Of a DNA stretch of 58,060 nucleotides, positions 24,701 to 39,141 are shown piece by piece (the stretch's first letter is position 1; the number at the start of each line of letters is the position of its first letter). The stretch covers positions 124,001-182,060 of the forward strand of contig NOWV01000156.1 in the NCBI GenBank assembly GCA_003344405.1. The letters are read 5' to 3'. The position numbers and the translations under genes are program-made. The stretch is from Trichoplax sp. H2. Its lineage: Eukaryota. The notes under the pieces were generated by a model. The model was not told the origin of the DNA and did not search any database. It saw nothing but the letters and a program-made list of their open reading frames with translations.

Positions 24701-27700
24701 TATACCTTTTCAACCAACATTTTGAATCTCCATACTCATTTAGTCGCCTATACAATATGGTTTAATCGCTTTTTCAACGCTGCATAATTCACCGGAAAGC
24801 ACAATTTTAAGCTGGAAACCACCGACCAATAATCTGAACGTCTGTAAGCAATGGCTTGACTCTCTAAGGTGCTTGCAAAATCTCATTTTTTGATGTTCAT
24901 GATGTTATATCTTTCCAATGTTTTAGCCTTGATTATATACAATCCTTCATATAATGCTTCAATGTGTCTCGCTGATACACGTGCGATACACTTTTCACTC
25001 CATTTAATGCTTTGAATTCACCGTAATAACTATTTAAAAATAGAGGGAAATATNNNNNNNNNNNNNNNNNNNNTATTAGTCTACTCTTTCTTTTCTTGCT
25101 AGGGCAGGGTTTTTTTTTTTTTTAATAATACCTTCAAACTCGTCCACGCTATCGAACATTTTTCACCCCACTTTGTTCATTGCTATCATGCCAATGCTGA
25201 ACGGTATTCTATCACCTGACATTTTTCTTATATTTCCTCCATCCTTTCGCGTAACTATCGAATACTCTCGTAAAATCAATTGCCAACAATTTCTGAACAT
25301 ACGTTATACTACATAGGATTATCGTAACACACTCATTTTGTCTAAACTAGTTCAAAATCATGTTGACGTATGCCAGAGCTAGGTGCAATTAGAGAAACGT
25401 CGATGAACTATCTCTACTCGTAGTTCATTATAATGGATTACTGCCGTTCTAGTTGACCGAGTTATGTTTTTTGCACCATTTGACGTGTAAAATATACTCG
25501 TATGCTACTATTTGAACTATTAAAAGGGATAAACACTCAATCCATATTTTATTCATTTTGATAGCCAAATTAGCCAGAGAAATGGTGAAAATGAAGCTAC
25601 ACAAGCGCAGGTTGGTTCTTAAACTAATCAGCTAAATGTGTAATCATGTTACTAACAATCATTTTATAGTAATTAATAACACGGTGATATACTCTAATGA
25701 AATGATCGATTGGTAGACGTAGACTTTTACAAGTTTACAATGAGTAAAGAATATCTTTCAGCGATTGTAACTGTTTTGTAATCAAAGTGCGAACGAGAAG
25801 TGATGAAAATGATCTTATGATGATAATCTCGTCATATACAGTAATGCAATTTGTAGAAATAAGAACGACTTTAATTTGTTTTGTCTATTTTACGTATAGC
25901 ATGAATAAATTATAAATCATTTGAAAATTTGTCATGACAACACAAACCAATCATTAAAATAAATCATGTTATGTCGATGTCGGTTGGGCTAGGAACTTTT
26001 AAAGTCCCTGCTTGGGCCTTAATCACCGTTAGTTGTCCAGTTGCTTTCGATATTCTGTTATTTACTTTCTATCATTAGCCTAAAAATTTATTGTACGGTA
26101 AAATATGGAATGATCTAACTCAATCTCCAAAACTTGCAATGGACTGCCTTTAACATCTTTTTCCTTGAAATCATCAGCCCTTGTTGATTTCAAGATTACA
26201 TTGATCGCTAAAATAGTAACCTACCATAGTAATGATATCATGGTTGCGTTAAGTTGTAGCTGAAAACTTTCTAAATTTTGGTACATAAATATTTTATTCT
26301 TGTTTCAATTTAACTATCATCGTATATATATATGTGCAGTATCAATGATGTAGTTTACTCTATCAACATCCATAAATAGGCTATACCATTATGCATAAAT
26401 CACTATCACTCTTATTGAGTGAAAATATTGCGGTAATAAACAAAAAAGGAAATAAGTATGATCAAAGTTTTACTGAATAAAGAATTATCAATGTTCTTTT
26501 ATATACCTTTTCAACCAACATTTTGAATCTCCATACTCATTTAGTCGCCTATACAATATGGTTTAATCGCTTTTTCAACGCTGCACAATTCACCGGAAAG
26601 CACAATTTTAAGCTGGAAACCACCGACCAATAATCTGAACGTCTGTAAGCAATGGCTTGACTCTCTAAGGTGCTTGTAAAATCTCATTTTTTGATGTTCA
26701 TGATGTTATATCTTTACTACGAGTATGTACAGTACTATATCGATACTGTATATATGTATGATAAAGTTGAATTTATATTTTATGATTCAATTTTCCGTAT
26801 AGTCCATGGAATCTCAAATTTAGACAATAATCCAATGTTTTAGCCTTGATTATATACAATCCTTCATATAATGCTTCAATGTGTCTCGCTGATACACGTG
26901 CGATACACTTTTCACTCCATTTAATGCTTTGAATTTACCGTAATAACTATTTAAAAATAGAGGGAAATATTTATGAAAGATTAAAATTATCATGTTCAAA
27001 TCATAAGTGTAACTAACGATCAGAAATAGCTGCCAATCTCAATCAGTGATATGTAATATTTTTGAACTCATTCATAAGTTATAACGGAGTAATATTTCTT
27101 TATAATCTTATTACACCTGTTGTTGACATGAATACCTTTTAAATGTTATGAAAGTAAAAACAAATTGCATGACTCGAAAGAGTTACTTTAATTGTTCTTA
27201 TGAATGCTTGAGTGTTTTTTCAATTAATTCTTTTCATTTTTCGGGTTGTTATTTAGATTTAATGGTGGCGGTGTTGAAGAGTACAGCGCGATTGAGGATG
27301 GATTGGGTGTTGCTTTACAGGTGATCTAAAGCATTGTTAATAAAATAGGATAAAATCTAATTCTGTACTACTAAACCAAAGTAGAAACTGCGTACTAATA
27401 AATGCAAACTAGGTCTACATTTAATCTATTCGAAAATTAACATAATACTACTATGCAGTCAATTGACAATATATTGTATAATCAACCTGATAATATATAG
27501 CTAATATCTTTTAGATCAAATAGTTTGCTAATCAGGATGAGTACTTTATTATTCTCTTCTTGTGCCATCATATCTCGCTCATGCTTTTCTACTAACGACA
27601 ACGATGACACTATTACTTCATATACACCGAACTAAAGAAACTTTGCTTTGGATAGTAATTAATCTATAGTATATTAATAGTTCTAAATATCGGGAAAAAT

Positions 27701-30700
27701 TTTCAATCTCTTTTGTTACAATCTCAATTGGTTATCATAAATTGAAATTATCAACTTTCTATGGATGATTTTTAGTGTTTTGACGATATGCAAGCTAAAT
27801 ATCATAAAGAAAAGTAAGTTTCCTCTACTCACTTTCTGATATTTCACATTATTATAAAATAATTGATTGCAGTCAACTTTTTACACTATAACATCAGCAC
27901 TATAAAGGATATAGCATATTAGGCATATAGATGCTATATCAGTGGCCATTTGAAGGCTAGAATGCCTTTGTATTCAAGATACCAATTGCAGTATTATTTC
28001 TATGTTATTTTAGTGGCACTATTCGTGATAAATTCTGTATCTTGGTCTGCAATTCTTCGCCATGTGGTATTCCGAGTTCGGCTTGTTATCAATATTGCGG
28101 ATACAGTTGTGAAAGAATAGCTGAGTTAATTGGATCTGTAAGTATATTAATCTCACATTTTTATTACGTTGATCAAAAAATTGTTTTACTTATATGCGAT
28201 AAACAATATGGTTGCTCTTCTAGCGCAAAGTCAACTTATCTGTAATATCGCCAAGACGAATCTCTACATTGTGCAAACTTTACGATAAGGTATCATTAAA
28301 ATCGAAAATAATAATTTTTAAGTTCTAGTTATAATAGGTATTATTTATTGATTGATTTATTAATAAACTATGTTTCAATAATAATAATAGAGTATTATCG
28401 AGGATTTGCACGTTATGCCATCACAGGATTATGCAACAAGTCCTCATCATTTAGTCTTATTAAAAGGCTTCAAGCTAGCAAGTAATTGTTATTCATTCTA
28501 AATTCATATATCATAACGCTATTTTTCCGTTAACAAACTACTACATAATAATCAACTTGACATTCATATATCAAAGCGAAAGAACGTTCTGAACCAAAGA
28601 CCACTGTTGAACCTAAACCTCAACCTGTCGTCACTAATGGTACCAAGGAACATCGAACTGTTAATGATGCCACCGCCAATACCAGAAATTTTATCCCTCC
28701 GAGTACAAGTATTAATTCACCTCCAAAAAATACTCCAGTTGTTGTCACAGCTGCTTCAGAAACGATAATGCCCCCTGTACGCTCATCTGTAACTAATGCA
28801 GTTCCTATGGTTGCACCAGTTTCACTTGTAACACCACCGCAAACTGCATTTAATCCAACTCCTCGTGATATCCCACCAGTCAAGGTTGCAAATAGGGATA
28901 AGCCTAACAGCAATGAAGCGATACCAGAAATTAGAAAAGACAACATTTCTAGATCATACCCACATACTAACCCGTCTACTACAAAGGGTATATAGTACAT
29001 TAGATAACAAAAATTGATTAACATGGTACTTAGGTTAATGTGTTGCGTAATGCATTATTCTATATTTATCCATTATTTAGCGAGTCTCGAAATTACTAAC
29101 CGATTTCCTAATACTAATCCAACTGTACCACCAAATGTTAGACATCCGCAACCGAATCTTAACGTCCAACGGGTAATATGAAATAATTATTTTGATCTTA
29201 TATATCAATCCCTTGTGAATATTTGTTTAAAATGTCATATTATAACTTCAATTTTAATGTTTTTATAATAGCATTTAATATGGTCCGGTCTATTATCTTG
29301 GGAAAGACACAATAATAAGGTTTATTTAGGACATTGATTAGTCCATAATATATTATGAAAGATATATATTTTACCATATAATTTTACAATCAATAATTAT
29401 GAACCAACATAACCTTTTCCTTAAAATAGGTTGATCGAAGATCGGGAGAAACACTTAGTGTTAATGGTTATGCGTATTCCAATGAAAATATGTAAATACA
29501 GAATAGATTAAAAAAGGAATTTAGTTAATAAATACTATTCTAGCCGACGTGAATATATAAGAATTACTGCAACCCGTAATATCCTTGTCAAGTAAACCTC
29601 TAAATAGTAGAAATTATATCACTTAACTTGCAGACGTGGCGAAGATTGGCCTAGGCAACTAATATTACGTTTCGTTCCTGGTAATCTTCTGGTAAGCAAT
29701 GTAAAATTGAGTTACATCCTACAACGGTAAATTGCCTGATAATTGAAGTTGTGAATAAAAGTATAATGGATATTTTTACAATTTATAGGCGGAAATGATG
29801 CCTCTTTTGCGCAAATCAATTCAAATCTTATTTCACATATCTATGACCGATAACAATACAAAAAACTTAATTCAAACTCTTACGCAGAATAAAGTTGTAA
29901 GTATAAAAAATTTTAGTATGGTATTTATAGTGTGACTATTGTTGTAATCTATACAACTTGATATCCTCTAGGTGGCTTTTATCTCATTTCAAGGCATATC
30001 GTTGAATCCAGAAGAAAAATTACGTCTGTTAATCCTGACTTATAATCCTAAAAAGAACTTTACAGGATATATTCCTCGTGATCAGGTTACTAAAGCTAGC
30101 CTTGTTATGTATTTATTTTATGATTCGTAAATTTGACAATTCTATATTTCCCTTTGAATAGATGGACTTTGTTCAAAAATTTCAGGTAATAAAACATCAT
30201 TATGTAGGAAATGATAAAATTTTGGTTATAATTATTTTGTGATAATAATCATACTGTTTACAGGTTGTCATGAAAAAATCAAGAGAAACCCAAAAACAAA
30301 AACAGCAGGTATATTCTTCATCCATTAATTAATTATACTACCATGTTAATAATACTATTGAACAGATATATTTTTCCGATCGTACTATAGTTAATGGATA
30401 TGACATCAGCGATTATTGCATTTTAAGAATTACCAATGAGCATAACAGATGATAATTGTTCTCGTAATATTCCGTTATGTAAAACATACTTTACTATCGC
30501 CCTAGTATTTTTGTAGTTATTTCAACATGTATATTTAGAAAAATATGATCTGTACTTATCTATTAATGTATACTAATAAAAATTATATTTTTATCAATAG
30601 ATGCAATCAGGTGGTTATCCTCCACATTCTGTAGGACAGCCTCAAATGTACGTTAACCAACAACAACAACAACCACAACCACAACCGCAACAATCGCTGT

Positions 30701-31405
30701 TGCAAAGTCATTCCATGAAGACTCCTGTAGGAGCACAACAGTTGTCAAGTTTAAGTACCTCACAATCGGGTCCGATTACAAGCACTAAGAATAGTATGGT
30801 TAATATGACGAGATCATCTAACTTCGAACTTGGAGCTAATTCCTTAGTAAGTCTTTAATTACTTGCACTCGATCTTTTTTACAATATGATTATTTCTATA
30901 TTACCTATGACTAGAGTAGATTGACTTTAACCTATTCTTAAACAAAATTTTATAATAATGGCTGACTACCCTTTAACAATAGGGTAAATTGCAGCATTTA
31001 ACTTCGTTGGATTCGCAATCGAAAGATCTGGTTAAGAATTACGAGTCACGAAGTCAAGTTAGTAGCATAGAATCTATTTTACAACAACAACCAGATGTAC
31101 TATCTCGTTTCCAGCATTTAAATCAACAACGACAAGGAAATACAATGCAACAACAACAGCAATCACAAGTTAGAAATTTTCTGAATCAACAGCAACAATC
31201 TAATGTTACACAGCCACCACAGCAGCAACTGCTTAATCAACAACAACAGCAACAACAACAGCGTCAATCAATGTCTCATCAGCATAACTGGGCATTACAG
31301 CAACGTTTGCAACGAATGCAGTCTGCCCAAAATCAATCACAACAATTAGCAAATACTTTGAACTCAGCACAAAATAGAGCGCCTTCAGAGGATTGGTATC
31401 CTTAG
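21789..31405 (+). CDS. MED25: Mediator of RNA polymerase II transcription subunit 25, ~19 coding exons
   Basis: Exon 1 (21789-21880) encodes MADVVFVVEATANLAEHFTQLKESYLLPAM, the MED25 vWA start. Further vWA exons at 25565, 26545, 27257, 27776, 28014, 28224 and 28391 give QYGLIAF, WLDSLRFNGGG, GLGVALQCFDD, CILVCNSSP and LSVISPRR. A P/T-rich linker covers 28577-29172. ACID-domain exons at 29272-30308 give LIWSGLLSW, EDWPRQLILRFVP and LLILTYNPKKNFTGYIPRDQ. A Q-rich tail covers 30601-31405. Confidence 0.95.
24679..25073. other. Two 20-N assembly gaps flanking a 355-bp contig that duplicates ~26500-26970
   Basis: N runs at 24679-24698 and 25054-25073. Segment 24472-24678 is repeated at 25074-25284. 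Segment 24699-25053 matches ~26500-26970 apart from SNPs and a ~116-bp indel. Confidence 0.95.
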
Positions 31406-34400
31406 GTAGAATTTGATGGGATAGTAGGTATAAAAAGAATGTAATTTCAATTTTACTTGAAAGTAATCTTTAATTTATAGTCCACGATGGCATATTTTAA
31501 AGCACGATCTATTGTACCATTATTGGATACATACTTTTATAGTGTTTTAAGTATTTCGGTATTGTATTTCTTCGATAAGACGGAGATCGTCTACGACAAT
31601 AACTTGTAAATTTTGTTGAAATTTGGATCCTTGATTTAGAACTACATGCTATTCCTCTTGGTATATTGTTTATGTATATTTTATGTGTGCATCAATTTAT
31701 GATTGTTACAGTACAAGTAAATACATTAAAAAGAACAATCATGACACATCATTTAATATCCTGCTATCAATAATCTTATTCATGCACAATTTGTTTTGAC
31801 GGTATTTCTTTAATTATGTTGTTATTTTCTCAATATTCCTATCTGTACCTACTTATCGTTATGATTATCCTATATCGCATCTTCTACTGGCTTATTTGGG
31901 TTATTAATGCCTTCGATTCAAATTCTATATGAAATATGTGACGATCATATAAATAATTGATAGTTAATCTTGACTTTCTAAGTAAGAAGACTTGTCTATG
32001 ATAGGAAAGATTTATTCATAAACTGAAGCCTAATGTTCAAAAAGTAGAACGTAACGTATATGTTGGCAATTTTACTTCATTCGCCGACTTAATATTATAT
32101 TTTTTAGTAACTTTCAATTTTTTTCCGTAGTGATGTGTCCATAATTCTAATATTGAATTAGGCTAGTGAATTCTTTCCCGATCCTATTATGAATATCTGT
32201 AAATTGATAGTCTTAGTTTTTATTGAATTAATACGGACAATTACACTTTAAATCAATCATGTAATTATAGCGTATGCAATATTGTTGCAAGCGAATCTTA
32301 TGATATAAATTTCTGCTCCTTTAGGTTATAAAATTTTTACACCCTAAAATATTGATACCTACATGATCAAATTATTAGTAATGCAATAACAACTATTTCT
32401 CGACAATTAATCCTTTCTTTGTTTGAAATTAAATTACCATGAAACATCATCCTACATCTTATCCATTAGTTAGTGACGTCGTATTATTTATTAAAACTAT
32501 TGCAATCAATGGTGCAAACAGGGCAAGCAAGCTATAAACAATTGCTGCACTATCCAATCATTGCTATGTATGCAGAAATTTTATAATACCAAAAATAAAA
32601 TAAAGATTAAATGAAAATACTAGTGTATCGGTATTTTATCTGGCTCATAGCCTATTTTGGCATTATTAATGTGCCAGTTAAGCACACAGTAGTATGTTTA
32701 TTCAAGAAGGCAAACATTCTTATCAATTGCAATTAATCATCAGATTATATTAATACAAGAATGCAACAATCTATCAATATTTGATGGATAAAGTTTACAT
32801 GTACTAATTGGAATCACAATGGAGAACAATATTTGATAAAATTCAGTATCTTATTTTAATTAAAAAGTAAGACCTAAAAATAAGACTATCCATGTTGTTT
32901 AATACCTTGATTATTACAGATCTCCTCTATCAACAGTATACAAATGTCCGTTCACAATGGATTGGAGTGTTTTATCATTTCTTAGCACCTTCTCACATAA
33001 AATTTTCACATGGAAAGGTGTTTACCCCGTCATCGTAGTAGTTTTTAAATCATTAAATCGGTGGTAAAGATTCGATTTCAATCATTAATCACACTCGATC
33101 GATGAAAGCCTACAAGCTACTTGAACGTAAATCATGAAACGACATTTAATTATACAATTACTTAATTACATAAGTTAAGAATTAAATGATCGTCAGTTAA
33201 AACTAGAAGGCTTCAAAAGTACGCCAATACTATGCAAATACTCTTCTTTCTGACTTGGAGATCAATCTGTAAAACAATCGGAAAGTTGTATATTTTCCTT
33301 CGCCACTCAGGTAAAATTTCTAAGTGATAGTACATTCAGACAACTAATTAATAACAATCTATTTCTAGAGTAAGAAATTAAAATATAACTTTTTCTAAAT
33401 ACGAAGAAATTAGCTAATATATAATTAAGTTTGGTCTTTTATTTTACCTTGATGTGTATAAATAAAAAAGCTAAATAACCTTTCGTTCGGAAAATTATCG
33501 GAAATGACAGGTAATTAATAAATTTATGATTATTTACAATACGTTTTTGTTTCAGATATGAAACGTAAACTCGGGCATAATTTTAAGTTGTATATTTATT
33601 TTTGCCCTATAATTGTAATATTAAGTCATATTCGTTCTAATAATACTAAGAGCTAACAGACCATTCCGATTTAAATTTACCCTGCTACACTGTCTTACAT
33701 GTACAAGTGAGATAGCAAATGTTCTTCCTTTTCAACGAAATCAACAGCCACTATAAGTAGCAAATATTATCCTACTGATAGTACTTCTTATTTCAGTATT
33801 ATTAGATCTATATCTAGAGATAATTTGCAGTTATTTTTACTCAAGAAAGTAAAAGATCGATTGGAATTAAATTACGGCTGTCCCAAAATCTAAAATTTAA
33901 GTATTAACACCAGCTAATCTATTTTACTGCAGAAACAAGACAATTTTAACCTATTCAATTAGTTTACTATATGAGTAAAAAATTTGGCGATCTTTCCTTT
34001 AGATAAAGTTAAGAAATTATCTAAATCGCTAAAATTACAAAGCTGCCATACTGTTTATTTCACATCTTATTATATACTTTAAAATACGTATATTTTACAA
34101 ATCATAAGCGCAATTCCAATCATTTATGAAAAAGTAAATTAACAATATAACATTTAATGCATACAAGAACAAGAATATTTTAGTCATTAACTATGGTACA
34201 GGAACAAGCCAATTTTTGATTCATTCAAGCTAGTCAGAGCAATCGGAATATAAAAATCTAATTTTAATTATTTTACAGTACAATTGTACTACTTAATTCG
34301 GATCATTTTCGAGCCGCTATATACGTTTGCCCATAGTAATGTATTACACGGTATCACCCCTTTCTCTACTATCTGAATAGATATATTAGTGTGTTATTCT

Positions 34401-34488
34401 TTTCCCTTATATATTCAGTTAATCATTACTATTTATGTAATTAATTGGTAATTAGTCAACTTAGTTATAATAGCTGGCGCAGCAGTAG

Positions 34489-37400
34489 CTAAAAATATAG
34501 CGATAAATATGCTTCTCGAAATTTTAACTTTTTTAGTTCTCTTTCTGTCATCACCTATGATTACGTAAGATAAATGAAATTAAATATAGATACAACATAC
34601 CGTAAATAAGATAAAATGTCTGTTAAGATGAAAAGTAACCAACTAGAGGGCTTACAGTGTCGTCTTCAGTAAGGTGATATTTTATCTTAATACTATTTCG
34701 CAGTGGCTTCCTACCGAAAGCTACAGGGACAGTAACACGTCGATTTCGATTAATTTCATGTTCATATGCTCCAGGACTGCAAAGTAAAATTTATAAATAA
34801 GTTAGCCTATCATTTAGGTATAATACGATATTTTCATATAGACTATAACTGAAAAATGAGCATTGCAATAATATATTTCGCTCCAAGTTTGCTATTTTAA
34901 TACCCTGGATTCGCGTAAGTTTTCTATCCAATCCAATGGCAAAGATTTAACATCAATGTGCAATGAAAAAGAAAACGATAATTTAATAAACTTTTTATGA
35001 CGTAGATTATATCATCAATAATATTACTTATTAATAATGCTCTGAACTAGTGAGCTAACAGTGGACATACACTTAAAAACTATTAATTTATACGTTATTA
35101 ATATTTTATCAAGACCTTCAGCATCGCCAAAGTGAGACGACGCATTTTAAATTGTCAATTACTAGAGTTTTCATATCGCTTAATGGAAATCATTAAATAA
35201 TAGTACAACATTAAATAATGATATATTAGGCTAGGAATTAAACCAATCCACGAGCTTTTTTAAAATAAAATCTACTTAGAAACTAATGTATTAACATCTT
35301 AGCAATATATGGTTGAAAATTGTTTTAAGTGGCTTAATGTGTATTTTTAAGTCTATGATCTAGTAAGTTATGAACTATGAATACTTTAATTTATCGAGAT
35401 CTCTAATAATGTAATGACGAACAATTTAAAATTGATAAAAGCCTTGTTGATTATTGCTTAACATTTATTATACACAGATTATGTGAGGGAAACATATGTT
35501 TATCCGACAATCTAGACAAGCACATCTTTGATATCCATTAAAATACCATGCCAGAATAAATACTAATATTTATTTTAACTGGCAGTGGTAACGATTCTAT
35601 TTCTTTACTATCTATATGAAGATTAGAGAAAAAGATAATCTTGTCTACTGCAATATTTAGTTTGTTTGAGAAGCTCGTATTACTAAAGCATAACTCCATA
35701 ATCATATAAATATAAATGAATACCCTTAACTGATAGGCTCTCTATAATCTTTGATTGTTACTGCATAAAGGTTCAGTAAATGAATAGCTTAAATAATGCT
35801 TGGTATACGATCTGTAGTACTATTGGTATCTAAGAAAGAAAAATTAATTTTCTACTATGCTGTCAGTTTAAATCTATAACTAAGTACATTTTAGAGGCAC
35901 CGAACACTGATTTACGTGCAAATTATGACTACACATAATGCATCATTATTTAAAGGGCTTTGAATAGCTATAAAACTGATCATAAATCAAGCCATTAGTA
36001 GCGTTGCAGCATCCTAGATTATACTCCTAGCTTAGAATACACGTATACCGCCAGAATATAAATCCTTTCTCACTACCAAATATTTGCTTTGTGATCTTAT
36101 GAAATCACAGAAAATGAATATCATCATCTATCCATTACTAGTTAGGCACATGCACTAATATTAACCATTATATTACAAATATATAAGTGAAATATATTTT
36201 GCTTTACTCCACAAACTGTACAGAAAAAGAAATAAAATACTACATTTTACACTGCATAAACTGTACTTTAGACCATACATTTTAATATATATTTGATTTA
36301 AATTAGACCATTGTCTTACATAATACTGCTTTAACGAAATAAAGGAGATGTTATATTCTTTCAATAGTAATAGAATTTTTAATCAATTCATGTATACTCT
36401 ATTTCAATTAAATTAGAACAGAGGATCCTGTATTGATAGGATGACGAATTATAATGCAAGCAAATTTAATTACTATTTACTAATTGAATCTGGGTACCCG
36501 TAGTACCCAGATTCTACGGGTATGCTCTATCTACTAGATACTATGGGTAAGCTCTGGCTAAATGCAAAGTCAGCTAACATTGACTTGCTTAATAAAAACA
36601 AACTAAATTCATGTTTGAGTTGATCATTTCAACTGTAACTGCAATGCAATTGATGAAATAGTAAATCATTCTTATTATAATAATACAGTTTAAGTTATTG
36701 ATTTTGAATCTATTTCTAGATTAATTGTCTAATATTCTCGATTTATATAGTGCTGGGAAAGATCAAGAGTCAGTTATACTTTAAGGATGAAACAAAATAT
36801 AATATTATAAAACTCAACGAAAGCCCTTAAACAAGTTGAAAAATTTGTAATCATCATCTTGACTAAAAATACATTTACACTTTTAATTATAAATTATAGT
36901 GATTATAGTAGAAGTATCGCAGTAAACATATGCGGTATATGAATATAAATAAACAATCTATACTTATTTCCATCAATTAAAGAAGTTAGCAGCATAATCA
37001 TTCCTTAGCTTAAAAGTAAATAAAATAAAGAGGAAATCTACCCTGACTACGAAAACTACTAATTTTATGTGTTATAATTGCATTAGTACCAGTACTGTGT
37101 ACAACTTGATAAATACTGCATAATGACCAAATAGTAGCACAAATATAGTTAACTGTAGTATTTAACATAATTCAACGATTTTATCCTTTTGATTGCATTA
37201 TAAAGCATACGCTAGCATTTAAGATTTTCTTTCTATGTTGTATCGTATTCAAGTTAATCTGATCATATATAATAGAATGGTTTCAGCATGAAACTTTGCT
37301 GAGAGTAATATAAAATAGAAGCGAAATTAGAATTTAAAGCTAATATAATCTTGATTAAGTATACTAAGTGATTATTTAGCTTTCGTTTCTAACTATATAG

Positions 37401-39141
37401 TTGCTTCAGATCACATGATGGTCGCTACTATTTAGTATCTTTGAAATATTGCTATCGAATAGTAATGTAAAGCATAAAATAGATACGAGATAGTTATAAC
37501 TTAGAGCTTCTTCTCAAATATGCTATACTGTTTTAAAAATATTAATACATCAAAATAAAGAAACCGATGCCGCATTGTACGATTCGAAATTTCTGTTCAC
37601 TTAATTAACTACCTTATACTGTACTATATACTTAAGCTTTGCATTCCTTTCACAAGGGATGACAATTTTACGTCCTGTGATTTTATTAGCCCTTAAATGT
37701 ACTGTGATAGTTATAGCGTGAAACTTTCTCGGCATTCATATAGAGTTATAAACAACTATAGAATAATTTTAGTATGTATATATTGGTCAAATTTCTGTGA
37801 TTTTGTTCAATTGATTGAACTATATTGTATGACTGCACTGACAACTTCTTTTCAAACGTATAAATAACTTAGTATGGCAGTTCTGCGGGACTTCAGCAAA
37901 GTAATCTATTTTAGCCAATATATTTAAAAAGTTTTGATGTCTTCGATCGTAATAAATTGTCTACAAACCTTTATCTGCGGCAACTTCATGGCAGTATTAA
38001 ATGGCTTATATGCCGGCTTTGCAACCGTTAATTTGGGTCTCTGATATTCTGCTGGGCTAGGAAAATCATTCTAATAAAAAAACAGTTATAATTTATTTTC
38101 GCATCAGTAAATTCATATATATTACGGTCGGAAATTAAACGTTAGTGGATTAATAGTCAAAAAGATTCGAATTCTACTCTTATATTTAAAAATAGCTGTC
38201 ATACATTATTAATCTAATTTAGAACCGGAATTAGCATCATTTATAACTTACTATGTGGGGTTTAGGAAATCGTGCCGCTGACCGACTAGAAAATCCATAA
38301 CCTCGATTACTTTCTACATGATTCGCTAGCAATGCCAATGATCGCGTCATCTATAATAATTATAAATTGGCATTAAGAACCATTACAGCCAATCTAAACT
38401 ATGTACGACTTAGTTATCAGCAACTTATGATATTAATGATTCAATATATTGAAATACAATCTAGAGCCAAAACCTAAAAAACATCATTGCATTACATATT
38501 ATATATATTAAATAGTTAATAACCTCTAATATATTAATGCAATACTAAATTTTTAGACTAGAAACATTATCTATCGTGAAATTACTAATTTTCAGGGCTT
38601 TTTCAAATTATATCACCAGTACATTAGTAAGATAAAGTTTAAGGATGTAATGGGATACATGTTTTTTACTGTTCAATCAGGAAAAAATTACTTAACCAAG
38701 TAATCCAACATAATTTAATCATAATGCTATTAGTCAATCTTGATTGATTTAAAAGTCAATAATAGAATTCAGCATAGGCTCTTTCTAGGCTTAAAGTAAT
38801 TTTGAGTGAAACGTTAGTATATCCATTTATATTTACTTCATCATTCTCGTAACAACCAGGTCCAAGATGAGAATCATGATGAAATGCTGTTTCCCCTCCT
38901 AATCGATTCGTTAGAGGTTTCTCGGTAAAAAGGGAACGATTTTGAGTTGTTCCAAAAACTACATCCGGACCTTTAGGCGCTAAAATAAAGAACTGTTATT
39001 AGCTCACTGATTTAAATTTGATTTCTGTAATAACAAAATTTTCAATGATGATAGATAAGCTGCTTCTAGTATCCAGTTAAAAATATTTTAACAATGTCTT
39101 ACAGTATTCTTACCTTCTTGTGATTTTAAGCTAGCCGACAT
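34489..39141 (-). CDS. PIFO: Pitchfork / ciliary microtubule-associated protein 3 (PG-repeat ciliary protein), 7 exons
   Basis: Exons 39141-39114, 38979-38837, 38350-38252, 38070-37969, 34923-34904, 34776-34656 and 34554-34489 splice in frame. The product includes VFGTTQNRSLF, HLGPGCY, RGYGFSSRSAARF, PSPAEYQ, PFN, NPGPGAYEH, VAFG and KFREAYLSLYF*. These are colinear with PIFO/CIMAP3 motifs (FGTCQQRKLF, RGPGCY, GYTLGARTAVRF, SPGAY, AYLSLYY). Not in the ORF track. Confidence 0.88.

Noticed and set aside
28620-29024. 134-aa hydrophobic minus-strand ORF
   Set aside because: Antisense shadow of the P/T-rich MED25 exon 28577-28987.
32918-33660. Possible + strand exons between MED25 and PIFO
   Set aside because: Some AG/GT-bounded open segments exist, but there is no consistent spliced ORF or recognisable protein.
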